Source: Chloroflexi bacterium bin20 | GTDB lineage: Bacteria; Chloroflexota; Anaerolineae; Aggregatilineales; Phototrophicaceae | Direction: 5' to 3' | Length of the DNA stretch: 64,000 nucleotides | NCBI GenBank assembly: GCA_002238485.1 | Contig: MPMG01000002.1 | Span: 52,689 to 116,688 of the forward strand | Shown: one piece after another, positions 27,942 through 37,115 of the stretch | Position numbering within the stretch: position 1 is the stretch's first letter | How the letters are laid out: the number at the start of each line of letters is the position of its first letter | Made by a program: the position numbers and the translations under genes | Notes under the pieces: generated by a model | The model's database searches: none | The model's input: the letters and a program-made list of their open reading frames with translations, nothing else | Told to the model about the DNA's origin: nothing

Positions 27942-28922
27942 TCACATCCGCCGCAAACGCGGGAAGAGCACTTCTTCGTAGCCGCGTCCGATGAAAAAGC
28001 CCGCCATCACCGTCAGCATAATGCACAAGCCCGGCGGCACGATCCAGTAAAATGCCTCGCGCGAAAGCGCCAATGAGTTGAAGGCGTCTTGCAGCATATA
28101 GCCCCAGCTGATCGTATCTGGATCGCTAAAACCCAGGAAGCTGACCGATGCTTCGGTCAAAATCGCCCAGGCGATAGCCAACGTGCCATACAAGAAGCTC
28201 AGCGGCAGGATGCTGGGCGCGATATAGACAAAGATGATGCGCAATTCGCTGGCGCCGCTCACCTTGGCCGCGCTGACAAATGCCTGTTCTTTGATCACCA
28301 GCACCTGCGAGCGAATTACGCGGCTGCTATCACGCCACAGCAGCACCGCCATCGCCACCACCACATTCCAGATGCTGGGGTCGAAGAAGGCCGAAATCAC
28401 AATGATGAAAGGGATGAAAGGGATGCCAAAAGCCACATCGGCCGCCCGCATCAGCAGGGTATCGATCCAGCCGCCATAGTACCCTGCCAGCAGCCCGACC
28501 ACCGTGCCGATGACCGCCACTGCGATCGCCGCCGAAAAACCCACCAGCAGCGCCGCCCGCGAGCCATAGATCAGCTGGCTGAAAATGTCGCGGCCGATAT
28601 TGGTCGTCCCCAGATGGAATGTGTTGACATAGCCCTCGGCTTCGTCTTCGCCTGGTACAGCCATCCAATAGGGCACAACATCTTTGATCCAGTCGCCATT
28701 GGCGTCTTTTAGCGGCGTCAGCGGATCGTTGGGGGCGATTAGGGGCGCGAAGACAGCCACCAGGGTGAAAAACGCGAAGATGAACAAGCCCAGCAATGCC
28801 AGTTTGTCGCGCTGGAAGACCTCCAGGTTGGTCTCCCACAGCTGCCGCAGCGCCGAACCCTGGCGGAATTGCACCGTCTTTTTGCCGCGCAGCTCGCCGC
28901 GGACCATGGCTTCCTGTTGCAT
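27942..28922 (-). CDS. ABC transporter permease (DppC/OppC type)
   Basis: Multi-TM protein with VSAAKVSGASELRIIFVYIAPSILP. GGAGGT RBS. Confidence 0.85.
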   Translation of the reverse strand: MQQEAMVRGELRGKKTVQFRQGSALRQLWETNLEVFQRDKLALLGLFIFAFFTLVAVFAPLIAPNDPLTPLKDANGDWIKDVVPYWMAVPGEDEAEGYVNTFHLGTTNIGRDIFSQLIYGSRAALLVGFSAAIAVAVIGTVVGLLAGYYGGWIDTLLMRAADVAFGIPFIPFIIVISAFFDPSIWNVVVAMAVLLWRDSSRVIRSQVLVIKEQAFVSAAKVSGASELRIIFVYIAPSILPLSFLYGTLAIAWAILTEASVSFLGFSDPDTISWGYMLQDAFNSLALSREAFYWIVPPGLCIMLTVMAGFFIGRGYEEVLFPRLRRM

Positions 28923-28938
28923 GGGACTTACCTCCGCA

Positions 28939-29949
28939 TCACGATATCTGCGCCTGCGCCGAAGCCCCTACGCGCGGGTCGAGCAGGCTGTACAAGAGGT
29001 CGGCGATGAAGTTCATGATGACGATGATGAGCGCGATGAGAAAGAAAGCCCCCTGCGCCAATGGATAGTCGGCCGATTGCACCGCCCGCACCAAGGTCCG
29101 CCCCAGGCCGGGCCAGGCGAAGACTGTTTCGATGACGACATTGCCGCCGATGCTGTAGCCAATGCCCAGAGTCAGCGCGGTCAGCACGGGCAGGACGGCA
29201 TTGCGAGCCGCATACTGGATCATCAGCCGCCGTTCGCTATAGCCCGCCAGCCGCCCCATGACGATGAAATCCTGGTCGAGCACTTCCAGCATGTTCGAGC
29301 GCATCAGCAGCAGCGGCAGTCCGTGCAGATAGACGGCCAGCGTAAAAGTGGGCAGAATCATGTGCCGCCAGAAGATCGGCGACAGCAGCTTGTCCCATTC
29401 TGTCTCCCAGCGATAGCGCACCACAGCCGGACCAATGCCCGACGATGGCAGCAGCTTCCATTGAAAGGCGAAGAAGGTCAGCAGCAGCATGCCCACCCAA
29501 AATTGTGGGGCGGCGCGCGTCATCAAGGTGAAGGTCGTGCCGACGCGCTCGATGCGGCTGCCGCGCAAAGCGGCCATGGCAATGCCACCCAGCACGCCGA
29601 CGCTGTAGGCCAGCAACAGCGAGCAGAGCGTCAGATACAGTGTATTGGGCAAGTCGGCGCGCAGGATATCGATGACGCTGGTGCCGGCATAATGAAAGGT
29701 GTCGCCCAGATCGAGCTTCAAAAGGTTGATGAGATAAATGACATATTGTTCGTGCAGAGGTCTGTCCAAACCAAATCGCGCCAGCAGCGCCTGTTCTTGC
29801 TCTTTGGTGAATTCTGTGTCGATGTAGCTGGCCATGGGGTTGCTGGGCGCCAGCCGAAATAGCAAAAACAGCAGAGTCACGATGACCCACAGCACCATCA
29901 CGCTCTGTAGAAAACGCCCAACAATGTAATTGGCGATGCCGCGGCTCAT
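28939..29949 (-). CDS. ABC transporter permease (DppB/OppB type)
   Basis: Multi-TM protein with MGRLAGYSERRLMIQYAARNAVLPVLT. GGGAGA RBS. Confidence 0.85.
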   Translation of the reverse strand: MSRGIANYIVGRFLQSVMVLWVIVTLLFLLFRLAPSNPMASYIDTEFTKEQEQALLARFGLDRPLHEQYVIYLINLLKLDLGDTFHYAGTSVIDILRADLPNTLYLTLCSLLLAYSVGVLGGIAMAALRGSRIERVGTTFTLMTRAAPQFWVGMLLLTFFAFQWKLLPSSGIGPAVVRYRWETEWDKLLSPIFWRHMILPTFTLAVYLHGLPLLLMRSNMLEVLDQDFIVMGRLAGYSERRLMIQYAARNAVLPVLTALTLGIGYSIGGNVVIETVFAWPGLGRTLVRAVQSADYPLAQGAFFLIALIIVIMNFIADLLYSLLDPRVGASAQAQIS

Positions 29950-29969
29950 TGCTTCTCCCGACTAGCAAT

Positions 29970-30040
29970 TGTAGGGGCGACTTTGTGAGTCGCCCGAACA
30001 CGGACAAAGGACAATCCGGGCGAGACAAGTCCCGCCCAGA
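29970..30040. repeat. MITE-like module X copy (degenerate right end) inside the operon, between the SBP and permease genes
   Basis: tgtaggggcgactttgtgagtcgccc...gggcgagacaagtcccgccc, two hairpins in the same order as the other copies. Confidence 0.7.
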
Positions 30041-30061
30041 TAGATTTCCTTAGGACTTCAC

Positions 30062-31768
30062 TCAGCCGCCCGGATAATGCAGGCGTCCGTCGTCGTCCCA
30101 GCTGTAGCCGGCATCTTCCAGCAACTGACGCGCGCCCTCGATGTTGAAGTCATAGGTCGGCAGGTCGTCGCATTGACGCCAGTATTCCAGCGCTGCCGAA
30201 ACGAAGCTGTCGGCCGGCGCCGCGAATCCGTTGTAGATATTGTCGATGATGAACTGCTGCGGGATGACATGCGCCACCGCCTGGCGGAAGTTCACATCAT
30301 CGAATGGCTCGTAGCGCACATTGAAAGCGAAGTATTGGAAGCCAATGCTGATCGCCGAGAACAGATCGAGCTGCTCGTTGCTGTCTACGATATCTTGCAG
30401 CACGCCAGGATCGCCGGGCCATTCCCACAGGAAGTTCATCTCGCCAGCCTGGATCTGCCCCAACGTGGCTTCCTGGTTGGGCAGCACATTCATCAGCCAG
30501 GCATCGATCTTGGGACGCGCCCAGTGATCGTCAAATGCCTCGAGCAAGACGAATTCGTTGACATCGAAAGCGACATACTTGAAGGGACCCGAGCCGATGG
30601 GGATGTCTTCTTGAATCGAATCGACATCGGCATCGTCTTTGGTCAGCAGGTCTTCGATGATCGGACGCCAGACATGCTCTGGGATGAGGTTGAGCTTGGC
30701 CAGCGAGCTGGTTTCAAAGGCCGCCGATGGCGTATGCAGCGTAAAGCGCACATTCAGGTCATCGATGATCTCGATATTGGCGACATTGCGGGCGAAGGGG
30801 TAGTAATCCGGCGCTTCGGCGCGGAACGATTCATTGCCATCTTCGTCCGTCTGCGTGGTGCCAGCCAGCGCCGCTTCAAATGTGTAGGCGGCATCTTCGC
30901 TGGTTACCGGCTCGCCATCGTGCCAGGTCATGCCTTCGCGCAGGGTAACGACCACATTCAGCGAGTCTTCCCAGGTGATTGTCTCGGCCGCCCAGGGCTT
31001 GGCCACGCCGATTGGATTGATGCGCATCAGGCGATCCCAGGTCATTTCTGTAACGCGGCTGGGGGCGTCGCCGGCGATCTCCAGCGGGTTGAAGGAATTG
31101 AGGAAGGATGTCGTCGAGGTGGTCAACGTTGTTTCATCGCCAGTCGGCTCGATGCCGATCCAGGTCCAGAAGTTGTGCACGCCGATGCCAGCCTGAGTCA
31201 CCACGCTGTCGGGGTTGAAGACCTGCGTGTTGATGACTTGCGGAGTCAGCGGATGCACGAAGTAGGCGTTGACCATATCGTTGCGGATGATTTGCTGGGC
31301 TTCGCAGATGATGTCCAGGCGCGCTTCCTTGTCGGCCACTTCCACGCGCTGAGCTTCTGCCAGGGCGTCATAGTCGGGGTTGTTGTAGCCGATGAAGTTG
31401 TAGCCGCCATCGCGCACGCTGGAATGGAAGAGGTTGTAGGTGAACTCGTCCGGGTCGGAGCGCTCGGGACGCCCAACCATGCGCCAGTAGGTCATTTCCC
31501 AGGCATCATCGCCGGTGCGGGTGTACCAGATTTCGTCGATCAGCTGTGCCCAGGGCACGGCGCGATGTTCGACATCCAAGCCCAGCTCGCGCATGTTCTC
31601 GACGACCAGGCGCGTGGTTTCATATTCGATCGGTCGCTCGGCTTGCGTTACCGAACGCACAATAATAGTCGGCACGGCCCCCCCCATCGACTGCGTGCTG
31701 GCCGGCAGCATGCCAATCGACAGCAGCAGAATCAGCAGGGCGCTGAGCCCCAAGATTTTGCGAGTCAT
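30062..31768 (-). CDS. ABC transporter substrate-binding protein, family 5 (peptide/oligosaccharide)
   Basis: Sec signal MTRKILGLSALLILLLSIGMLPAS. 568 aa with DppA/OppA-like architecture. First gene of an SBP-permease-permease-ATPase operon. Confidence 0.85.
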   Translation of the reverse strand: MTRKILGLSALLILLLSIGMLPASTQSMGGAVPTIIVRSVTQAERPIEYETTRLVVENMRELGLDVEHRAVPWAQLIDEIWYTRTGDDAWEMTYWRMVGRPERSDPDEFTYNLFHSSVRDGGYNFIGYNNPDYDALAEAQRVEVADKEARLDIICEAQQIIRNDMVNAYFVHPLTPQVINTQVFNPDSVVTQAGIGVHNFWTWIGIEPTGDETTLTTSTTSFLNSFNPLEIAGDAPSRVTEMTWDRLMRINPIGVAKPWAAETITWEDSLNVVVTLREGMTWHDGEPVTSEDAAYTFEAALAGTTQTDEDGNESFRAEAPDYYPFARNVANIEIIDDLNVRFTLHTPSAAFETSSLAKLNLIPEHVWRPIIEDLLTKDDADVDSIQEDIPIGSGPFKYVAFDVNEFVLLEAFDDHWARPKIDAWLMNVLPNQEATLGQIQAGEMNFLWEWPGDPGVLQDIVDSNEQLDLFSAISIGFQYFAFNVRYEPFDDVNFRQAVAHVIPQQFIIDNIYNGFAAPADSFVSAALEYWRQCDDLPTYDFNIEGARQLLEDAGYSWDDDGRLHYPGG

Positions 31769-31807
31769 GATGGTGTTTCTCCCTTCAGATAAGTTGGCTG
31801 TAACGAT

Positions 31808-32926
31808 TCAAGATCTGGATTGGTTCTCGCTGCGCACACCTCCTTGGACCAGATACCCCATACCATCGTGATAGTGTAACGCAGCTTTGGGCGACAAAAC
31901 AGCCAGCCGTTCAATAACAGCCCGCGCCTCGTCGCCCTGCAGCAACTGCGGATTGCCTTCGTCATCCAGCAGGGCGGGCAACAATTTGCAGTGTACTGCG
32001 CCTTCTGCGACTTCTGCCAGCAGGATGATTGTCTCCGACCAGTTGCGGTTGCGGCGTTTGATATTCAACGTATAGGGTGAATGGCGGCTGACCGGCGTTT
32101 CGCGCATGGGTCCGCGATTGTGATGAAATACAAAGTTGCCCAGGCTGTAGAAGATGGGCTTGCCGCGATAAACTTCGACTTCTTGCAGCGAATGCGGATG
32201 CGCGCCGACGATCAGGTCCGCGCCCGCCTCGACCAGCGCATGCCCGACCTCGACTTGATAATCCGCTAGTCCATCCTGGAAGCGCGGACGCCAGGCCGGC
32301 GGCACTCCCCAGTGCATGGCGACGATGACAAATTCGGCATTGGCGCGCGCATCAGCCACAGCTTGGCAGGCTCGCTGCAAGTCGTCTTTCCAGGCGCGCG
32401 TGTGCACATAAGGCGCGCTGCCCGGCTGCTCGAGGCTGGCGGCTGGATCAATATGATAGGACTCGGCGATATGCACAGGCGCCACGCCCGGACGATCTGC
32501 GGTAGCTGCCGATCCAGGACCCAACGTAGATGCCGCGCCCAGGAAAGCCACGCGCGTGCCCGCCAGCTCGATGATCTGCGCCCGCCAGGCGGCATCCAGA
32601 TCTGCGCCCGCGCCCACATAACGCAATTCGCTGTCGTCCAGATGCCGCAACGTGTCGAAGAAAGCCGCTTCGCCATAGTCGAACAGGTGGTTGTTGGCCA
32701 GCGTGAGCAGGTTGAAACCGAGCCGCTTGACATCATCCAGCAAGTCGGGCGACATGCGCATGTTGATCCACTTTTCTGTGGGCGCGCCGACTGTGCTGAC
32801 TGGCGCTTCCAGATTGCCAAACGCGATATCGGCAGAGCGCAGCACAGGGCCAACACCCGCCAGCGCGGATGGTTCGGGCAGGGGCTGCTGCAAGAACAGA
32901 TCGCCGACCAGCGCGATTGTGGGCAT
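31808..32926 (-). CDS. CapA/PGA_cap-family metallophosphatase-fold protein (soluble)
   Basis: MPTIALVGDLFL, FGNLEAPV, LTLANNH, IVAMHWG, IVGAHPH is the pattern of the poly-gamma-glutamate CapA family. No TM segment seen. Confidence 0.7.
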   Translation of the reverse strand: MPTIALVGDLFLQQPLPEPSALAGVGPVLRSADIAFGNLEAPVSTVGAPTEKWINMRMSPDLLDDVKRLGFNLLTLANNHLFDYGEAAFFDTLRHLDDSELRYVGAGADLDAAWRAQIIELAGTRVAFLGAASTLGPGSAATADRPGVAPVHIAESYHIDPAASLEQPGSAPYVHTRAWKDDLQRACQAVADARANAEFVIVAMHWGVPPAWRPRFQDGLADYQVEVGHALVEAGADLIVGAHPHSLQEVEVYRGKPIFYSLGNFVFHHNRGPMRETPVSRHSPYTLNIKRRNRNWSETIILLAEVAEGAVHCKLLPALLDDEGNPQLLQGDEARAVIERLAVLSPKAALHYHDGMGYLVQGGVRSENQSRS

Positions 32927-32928
32927 GG

Positions 32929-34128
32929 CTAGACTCGCTCGCCCCCTTTATAGACCGCGGCGATATCGCGCAGGGAGCGGATGTCCGCCACAGGATCGCT
33001 GTTGAGCAGCAGCAGGTCGGCGTATTTGCCGGCTTCGACCGTGCCGATTTCGTCGTCCCAGCGCAAGATCTTGGCGTTGTTGCGCGTGACGATGCTGATG
33101 GCTTCCAGGGGTGGCACATCGTTTTCTACGATCAGCTCGACCTCACGCGCCAAGGCGAACTTGTGCGGGGCGAGCGGGTTGCCGCCGGCATCGGTGCCAC
33201 AGCCCAGGAAGACGCCTTTGCTGCGCGCCAGGGCGATCGTCTGGCGGATCTGCTTCACGCCCTGCTCGATCATGGGCTTGCGCCGCTCGGCATCGGCTTG
33301 CTGGACGGGCGACAAGGGATAGCTCTCCAGGTCGGGGTTGCCCACACCCACGGTGAGACAAAGCGATGCGCCGCGTTCGACCATCATGTCGGCGGTTTCG
33401 TCGTCCAGGTAGGTGCCGTGTTCGATGGAATCGACGCCGCCCAGCATGCAATTGCGGATGCCGCCCGTGCCATGACAGTGCGCCGCGACTGTCCGACCCA
33501 TCATGTGCGCCACTTCGCAGACCGCCGCGATCTCTGCGACCGTGAGTTGGCTGGCGTGAATGTCTTGTCCGGGAGTCGCGCTGCCACCGGTCGCCATCAG
33601 TTTGACGAGGTCTGCGCCAGCTTTGATCTGCTCGCGGGCGGCTTTGCGCATTTCGTCGGGCCCATCGGCTTCGCGGGCGATGAAGTGGGCGTGCCCGCCC
33701 GTCATGCTGATGACGCGCCCCGACAGCTTCATGCGCGGTCCTTCGATCCAGCCGCGGTTGATGGCATCGCGCAGGGACATTTCGATATATTTTTCGCCGC
33801 CCACATCGCGGATGGTTGTCACGCCTTGCTGCAGGGTGCGCTTGCAGATCTCGACCGCCTCGAGCACCAGGGCATCGCGCGGCTTTTCCAGCAGGGCAAA
33901 CGTGCTCTCCTCGCCGTTGTAACAGATGTGGATGTGCGCATCGATCAAGCCAGGCATCAGCCACTTGCCACTGGCGTCTATCTGCTTTGCGGCTTTGGCA
34001 GCGGCGGGCAGTTCGGCGGCAGCGCCCACCCAGGCGATTCGCTGTCCTTCAACATGTACTGCGGCGTCTTGCAGCGGCGGTCCGCCAGTGCCGTCGATCA
34101 GGGTTGCGCCAGTGATTGTGAATCCCAT
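32929..34128 (-). CDS. metal-dependent amidohydrolase (COG1228-like peptidase/imidazolonepropionase relatives)
   Basis: LMPGLIDAHIHI (HxH), VAAHCHG, DSIEHG, WDDEIGTVEAGKYADLLL. AAGGAGA RBS. Confidence 0.8.
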   Translation of the reverse strand: MGFTITGATLIDGTGGPPLQDAAVHVEGQRIAWVGAAAELPAAAKAAKQIDASGKWLMPGLIDAHIHICYNGEESTFALLEKPRDALVLEAVEICKRTLQQGVTTIRDVGGEKYIEMSLRDAINRGWIEGPRMKLSGRVISMTGGHAHFIAREADGPDEMRKAAREQIKAGADLVKLMATGGSATPGQDIHASQLTVAEIAAVCEVAHMMGRTVAAHCHGTGGIRNCMLGGVDSIEHGTYLDDETADMMVERGASLCLTVGVGNPDLESYPLSPVQQADAERRKPMIEQGVKQIRQTIALARSKGVFLGCGTDAGGNPLAPHKFALAREVELIVENDVPPLEAISIVTRNNAKILRWDDEIGTVEAGKYADLLLLNSDPVADIRSLRDIAAVYKGGERV

Positions 34129-34191
34129 TTGCTTCTCCTTTTTTCGTTTTCCTAAGCCCGGAGAACGCGCCGGGCACGGAAGAAAATGCCC

Positions 34192-34959
34192 CTACTTCTT
34201 ACGGTGGTACAAATCGGCGGGCGAACTTGCCAGGCCCGCCGCCATCTTGGGTGGTGTCATATAAGCGCGCTTGGAATGGCTGATGCCCGCGCCCAGCATG
34301 GCTTCCAGAAACTTCAGCTGCACGCGCGCTGGATTCAAGAATGGCAGTCCCAGCTCGGCTTGGCAGGCTTCGGGGATTTCCAGGAATCCCATGCTCATGC
34401 AGCCGACAATGAGGGTATCGGCGCGGTCCTGGTCGATGGCTTTTTTCGCCTCGCCCAAGGTGGCTTCGATCGCCAACTCGCGGTCATTATGCAAATCCAG
34501 CACGGGAATATTGACGGCGCGCACGCTGGCCAGCTTGTCGCCGCCGCCGCTGTTGCGCAGGGTCTCTTCCAGTGGGCCGATGACGCTGTCGGTGACGGTG
34601 ATGACGCTGTAACGCCGTCCGACTGCCGATGCCATCAATGCAGTCGCCTGCCCCGCGCCGACCACGGGGATATCGACGATCTCGCGCAGCGCGCCCAAAC
34701 CTGGATCGCCATAACAGCCCAGCAAGATGCCATCCCAGCCAGCGGCTTGCAATTCATGCGCCTTTTGCACCGTCTCGGGGATAGACAAGTATTCTTCGTA
34801 CATGCTTTCGATGCTGCCCGGTCCGGCCGGGATGTCGGTGATATCGACTTCGGTATCGGGCGCGGCATGACGCTGCAAAAATGCGCGGCGGCGGGCAAGT
34901 TCGGCTCGGCCCGCTTCGCTGCGTCCCATGGGACCCGATACCAGGTAGATCAGTTTCAT
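34192..34959 (-). CDS. Asp/Glu/hydantoin racemase-family protein (hydantoin/allantoin racemase-like)
   Basis: Two catalytic-Cys contexts, ILLGCYGDPGL and LIVGCMSMGF. 255 aa. AAGGAGA RBS. Confidence 0.75.
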   Translation of the reverse strand: MKLIYLVSGPMGRSEAGRAELARRRAFLQRHAAPDTEVDITDIPAGPGSIESMYEEYLSIPETVQKAHELQAAGWDGILLGCYGDPGLGALREIVDIPVVGAGQATALMASAVGRRYSVITVTDSVIGPLEETLRNSGGGDKLASVRAVNIPVLDLHNDRELAIEATLGEAKKAIDQDRADTLIVGCMSMGFLEIPEACQAELGLPFLNPARVQLKFLEAMLGAGISHSKRAYMTPPKMAAGLASSPADLYHRKK

Positions 34960-34978
34960 GTTGTGATTCTCCTTTTTT

Positions 34979-35156
34979 ACCCCCTCGGTCCCCCTTCGAA
35001 AAGTCAGGGGGCAGATGATGACCCTCTCGGTCTTTCATTCAGTTTTGTGTAGGGGTGACAAACGTGTCGCCCATTTGCGACAGATCGCAGGGAATGCGGG
35101 CGATACAAGTCTCGCCCCTACAAGGAATCTCTGCGCCCACTGTGCCTCTGTGGTGG
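34979..35156. repeat. composite intergenic repeat: module Y hairpin + about 75-bp MITE-like module X (35048-35122) + module Z (CTCTG.GCC.CTGTGCCTCTGTGGTGG)
   Basis: cccctcggtcccccttcgaaaagtcaggggg ... tgtaggggtgacaaacgtgtcgccc...gggcgatacaagtctcgcccctaca aggaatctctgcgcccactgtgcctctgtggtgg. The same module order occurs at 244-364 and 58605-58776. Confidence 0.85.
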
Positions 35157-35157
35157 A

Positions 35158-36930
35158 TCAGATTTTCTCCACTGCCGAGCGGGCGATATTCGCCGCCGTT
35201 TCCAGTGCCCAGGCCACGCGATTGACGCCACGAACGAGATGCGTGCGCGTGACCCGCCGCATGTGATGATCGGCATTGGCAAGTTCCAGCGCCGGCGCCA
35301 GATCGGGCAGTTGGGGCACGCGCATGGCTGGCTCGGTGCGGAAACGTCCCTGTCGCGTGAAGTTGATCAGCACCAGCTCGCGGGCCATGGCCAGCAGGGC
35401 ATCGTTGACCGCGCGCACAGCGGTATCATCAACCGCGCCCTCCGCCAGCTCGCCAGCAGCTGCATAAAGCCCGTCCAGCGCGTCGTTCAAGTCGGCCAGG
35501 GCATCGCTTGCCGGCGAAAAATCGACTTCGTCGCCTGTCGCCGCCGCATAGTCCGCCAGCGTATCGGCGAATTCGGCTGTCAGCGCGCGGAAGTCATAAG
35601 GGTGCAGCGGATTATTCAGCAGGCGCTGCAGCGAAGCCGCATACACGCGCAGATCGCGCATCAGGTGGTCTTTGTCGGCGATCTCCAGGGTGTCGTTTTC
35701 GGTATGCCAGGCGATATTCGCGCCGCAGCCACCCACCGCGTAATAGCCCATCTCCTCGGCTTTGGACAAGGGCATGGACGACAGCAGCATGAACAAGCTG
35801 GAGATGCCGATGTTATTGAAAGAATAATCGCCGGCCTGGTGCGGGCGCTCGCCACTGAAGCCCAGCCCGGTCGAGTCCAGCACCGTCTGTTTGGCGAAGT
35901 CATGCGCCTCGCTCATGATGGTCACGCCACGGTATTCGGTCGCCCAGCGGCAGCCCGGCGAGTCGATATTCATCTGCGCCACACAATCGCGCGCCAGGTC
36001 CAAGCCATATTGATCGGCATACCAGGTCGATGCGCCATAGCGGCCCGTGGAATGCCCCGACCACCAAGCCACCCGCAACGTCCGCGCCATGTTGTCAGCC
36101 TGGCTGTGGAAGATGCGCGCCAGCTCCAGCAGGGTCGCATTGCCCACCGCGTTGTCGCCGATGCCCACATCCCAGCTGTCGACATGCCCGTGCACCAACA
36201 CAAATCGCTCGGGCTCAATATTGCCTTTGATCTCTGCCACCAGGCAGGGACATTCAAACCAGCCCTCTTTCAGCTGCGTGTGCAGGGTGGCTTCGGTCTG
36301 TCCATTTGCCATGCGCTGCATCAGGTCTTCGCCATCGGGACGGTTGATGGACAAGACGGGGATATCGGGCTGGCGCTGATAATTGTCCAGGTCGGGCGCG
36401 CCCCAGATCGTCGTACAGATGCCCCAGTGGATGTCGACGCCGGGATTGATGAAGATCGCGCCGATGGCTCCCTGATTTTGGAAGTACCAGACCGGCGGCG
36501 GACCGCCAAAGCCATCCACCACCACAATCTTGCCGCGCACATCGACCTCGGTAACGGGCGTGAAATCGAAGAAATCGGCGCTGCGCCCGGCTGCGAAACC
36601 TTCAATGCGCACCATCTCGCCAGTAACGCCGGCCGCGGGTGTGCTGATAGAAAAAGCCGGCGTCTTGGCGCGGTAAGACTTGCTGCCCACCGCCAGCGAT
36701 GCCCGCACCGGCACACTCAAAAACAGCTCGGGCATGTGCATCTCGTGCGGGATGCCCAGCGCTTCCAGCCGCCCGGCGATGTAATCAAAGGCTTTGCGTT
36801 CGTCAGCCGACGACGATTCGCGCACCAAGCTGGTGAAGCGCTCGAGCAGCGACCAAGGCTCGTCCGGCGCAAGCGCATCTAGTAGAGCCGCTTCTAAATC
36901 TCCTTGTTTGGCTTCGTACAATGTTTGCAT
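35158..36930 (-). CDS. M28-family metallopeptidase with PA domain and helical C-terminal domain (M28B, glutamate carboxypeptidase II-like)
   Basis: LVHGHVDSWDVGIGDNAVGNATLLELARIF parallels the remembered GCPII segment [28 protein letters not shown]. PA-like insertion IVVVDGFGG, and a C-terminal helical region like the TfR/GCPII dimerisation domain. Confidence 0.75.
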   Translation of the reverse strand: MQTLYEAKQGDLEAALLDALAPDEPWSLLERFTSLVRESSSADERKAFDYIAGRLEALGIPHEMHMPELFLSVPVRASLAVGSKSYRAKTPAFSISTPAAGVTGEMVRIEGFAAGRSADFFDFTPVTEVDVRGKIVVVDGFGGPPPVWYFQNQGAIGAIFINPGVDIHWGICTTIWGAPDLDNYQRQPDIPVLSINRPDGEDLMQRMANGQTEATLHTQLKEGWFECPCLVAEIKGNIEPERFVLVHGHVDSWDVGIGDNAVGNATLLELARIFHSQADNMARTLRVAWWSGHSTGRYGASTWYADQYGLDLARDCVAQMNIDSPGCRWATEYRGVTIMSEAHDFAKQTVLDSTGLGFSGERPHQAGDYSFNNIGISSLFMLLSSMPLSKAEEMGYYAVGGCGANIAWHTENDTLEIADKDHLMRDLRVYAASLQRLLNNPLHPYDFRALTAEFADTLADYAAATGDEVDFSPASDALADLNDALDGLYAAAGELAEGAVDDTAVRAVNDALLAMARELVLINFTRQGRFRTEPAMRVPQLPDLAPALELANADHHMRRVTRTHLVRGVNRVAWALETAANIARSAVEKI

Positions 36931-37115
36931 TCTGGGTCAACCCTCCAAATGAACAGAATCATCGGCGGGATTGTAACCCACACCAGCGCAAATGCGAAAT
37001 AGGGCGCGAGGGCAAAGCCACTGCCTTTTTCGGCGCAAATCATCCGAATCGTTGCATAATACGGCTTGTCGCAACAGGAAGGATTGTTTTCAATGCCGAA
37101 TTGGCGATTGCGATT

